Assembly (NCBI GenBank): GCA_035559235.1
Contig: DATMBM010000016.1
Span: 28,431-92,430, forward strand
Length of the DNA stretch: 64,000 nt
Source: Minisyncoccota bacterium
GTDB lineage: Bacteria > Patescibacteriota > Minisyncoccia > Phycocordibacterales > UBA2100
Direction: 5' to 3'
Shown: in pieces, positions 62,897 to 64,000 of the stretch
How positions within the stretch are numbered: the stretch's first letter is position 1
Layout of the letters: each line of letters starts with the position of its first letter
Position numbers and translations under genes: made by a program
The notes under the pieces: model-generated
What the model was told of the DNA's origin: nothing
Database searches by the model: none
The model's input: the letters and a program-made list of their open reading frames with translations, nothing else

Positions 62897-64000
62897 TTAT
62901 GCATGGATAAGAGATCGGATGTGTTCGAGCTCTTGCTCGAGCGAATTATTACGCTTTACTTCTTCTTTTATTTTTTCGCATGAGTGGATGACGGTCGTAT
63001 GATCGCGCCCGCCCAGCTTCTCTCCAATTGACGGATAGGAAACATTGAATTCCTCCCGCAATACGTACATGATGACCTGTCGCGGCTTCACCACTTCCTT
63101 TTTGCGCGTTTTCTCATAAATGCTTTTTTCGGCGACTTCGTAGTACTGAGCGATGCGGCGGACCACCTCCTCGACAGACACTCCCTTGTTCGGACGCACG
63201 TTGTGTTTGATGAGCGCGCGGACGTCCGGCAACGTGATTGCCTTCCCCTTCAGTTGCGACTTACAAACGATCATGTTGAGGATACCTTCAAGTTCTCGGA
63301 TGTTGCCGCGGATGTTTTCAGCAATATAGGCCACGATCTCATCAGAAAGGCTGAAGCCCAATTGCTCGATTTTCACCTTAATGATCGCGGTCCGAGACTC
63401 GACGTCCGGCTCCGGGATCTCCATGATGACGCCGGCCGAGAGTCTGCCGCGGACGCGGTCTTCAAACCCGGGCAGGAGCATTGGATGCTTATCCGACGAG
63501 AAAATAATTTGCTTATTGTTGTCGTGCATTGCGTTGAAGAGGTGGAACAGCTCTTCCTGCGTACGTTCTTTTTCCGCCATGAACTGGATATCGTCCATGA
63601 TGAGGACGTCGTACTGGCGGTACTGGTCCTTGAATTCGTTTGCGCGCCCCTTCTGGACGGCGTTGATGAAATCGACGGCAAAGCGCTCCGACGAGACGTA
63701 GAACACCTTTTTATTGCTGTGCGCCTTCTTGAAATGGTTGCCGATCGCCTGGATCAGGTGGGTTTTTCCATGTCCGGTCGAGCCGTAGACGAAGAACGGG
63801 TTATAGGCGAGCCCCGGACGGTCGATCACCGCGCGGGCAGCCGCGTGGGCAAGTTGGTTGAAAGGACCGACGACGAACGTGTCAAAGGTATAGCGCGGGT
63901 TTAAGTTGTCCCGCTTGTCGATATAGAGCGTCCCCAAATCGAGCGAGGCGTTCTGTTGCGGCTCGCGTCGGACTTCGCGCCGCGGCTCCCCTGCCGAGCG
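62897..64000 (-). CDS. dnaA: chromosomal replication initiator DnaA, 5'-truncated by the window end
   Basis: AAA+ domain III (…GPFNQLAHAAARAV…FFVYGSTGHGKTHL…, Walker B LIMDDIQF, sensor motifs). C-terminal DNA-binding domain IV (…MYVLREEFNVSYPSIGEKLGGRDHTTVIHSCEKI…). The reading frame continues without a stop to position 64000. Confidence 0.95.
   Translation of the reverse strand, partial: RSAGEPRREVRREPQQNASLDLGTLYIDKRDNLNPRYTFDTFVVGPFNQLAHAAARAVIDRPGLAYNPFFVYGSTGHGKTHLIQAIGNHFKKAHSNKKVFYVSSERFAVDFINAVQKGRANEFKDQYRQYDVLIMDDIQFMAEKERTQEELFHLFNAMHDNNKQIIFSSDKHPMLLPGFEDRVRGRLSAGVIMEIPEPDVESRTAIIKVKIEQLGFSLSDEIVAYIAENIRGNIRELEGILNMIVCKSQLKGKAITLPDVRALIKHNVRPNKGVSVEEVVRRIAQYYEVAEKSIYEKTRKKEVVKPRQVIMYVLREEFNVSYPSIGEKLGGRDHTTVIHSCEKIKEEVKRNNSLEQELEHIRSLIHA

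Noticed and set aside
1-64000. CRISPR arrays, integrases/transposases, prophage or toxin-antitoxin modules
   Set aside because: No regularly spaced direct repeats and no recombinase, transposase, phage-structural or TA-like ORFs were recognised. The only mobile-element-like features are the two small non-autonomous repeat families.

Overview
This is a ~60% GC bacterial chromosomal segment packed with housekeeping genes, and it ends at the dnaA-dnaN replication-origin region. All gene identities below come from reading motifs in the supplied translations; no database search was possible. Recognisable genes include rplL/rplJ, ftsK, recA, efp, the rpsF-ssb-rpsR cluster, tatD, four aminoacyl-tRNA synthetases (metG, glyQS, ileS, argS), ddl, tmk, secE-nusG-rplK, rdgB, rplS, acyP, ruvX, rpsT, ruvA, ruvB, ruvC, yebC, a Mur ligase, a SpoU-type methyltransferase, holA-like, polA, tsaE, a class A PBP, dnaN and a 5'-truncated dnaA. 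There are type IV pilus genes (pilM/N/O-like and the pilB ATPase) and seven tRNAs (His, Leu-GAG, Arg-TCT, Val-TAC, Ser-TGA, Arg-GCG, Lys-TTT). Many genes encode signal-peptide or membrane proteins of unknown function, including a 940-aa secreted lipase-like hydrolase, Cys-rich and Gly-rich giant secreted proteins, and DUF378, DUF4383, DUF2914, SIMPL, lamin-tail and BTLCP-like proteins. This gene content and the short housekeeping proteins are reminiscent of small-genome Patescibacteria/CPR-like bacteria, but that is inference only. The most unusual observations are: (1) a ~200-aa histidine-phosphatase domain inserted in-frame into the IleRS catalytic core, with a second stand-alone histidine phosphatase two genes away. 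(2) A membrane-anchored PaaX/Cas2-fold-like regulator next to a 40-bp perfect palindrome in the promoter of the giant lipase-like gene, with a matching half-site over its own start codon. (3) A 92-bp MITE-like element with 19-bp perfect terminal inverted repeats and a 5-bp direct flank duplication. (4) A second ~83-bp structured repeat present twice, once in-frame inside recO, with a compensatory base-pair change that preserves a hairpin. (5) A structured AT-richer ~400-bp intergenic region between pilB and ruvB that may encode an ncRNA. (6) DnaA-box-like repeats and an AT-rich stretch between dnaA and dnaN. (7) Three tRNAs with an apparent C1:G72 acceptor pair.
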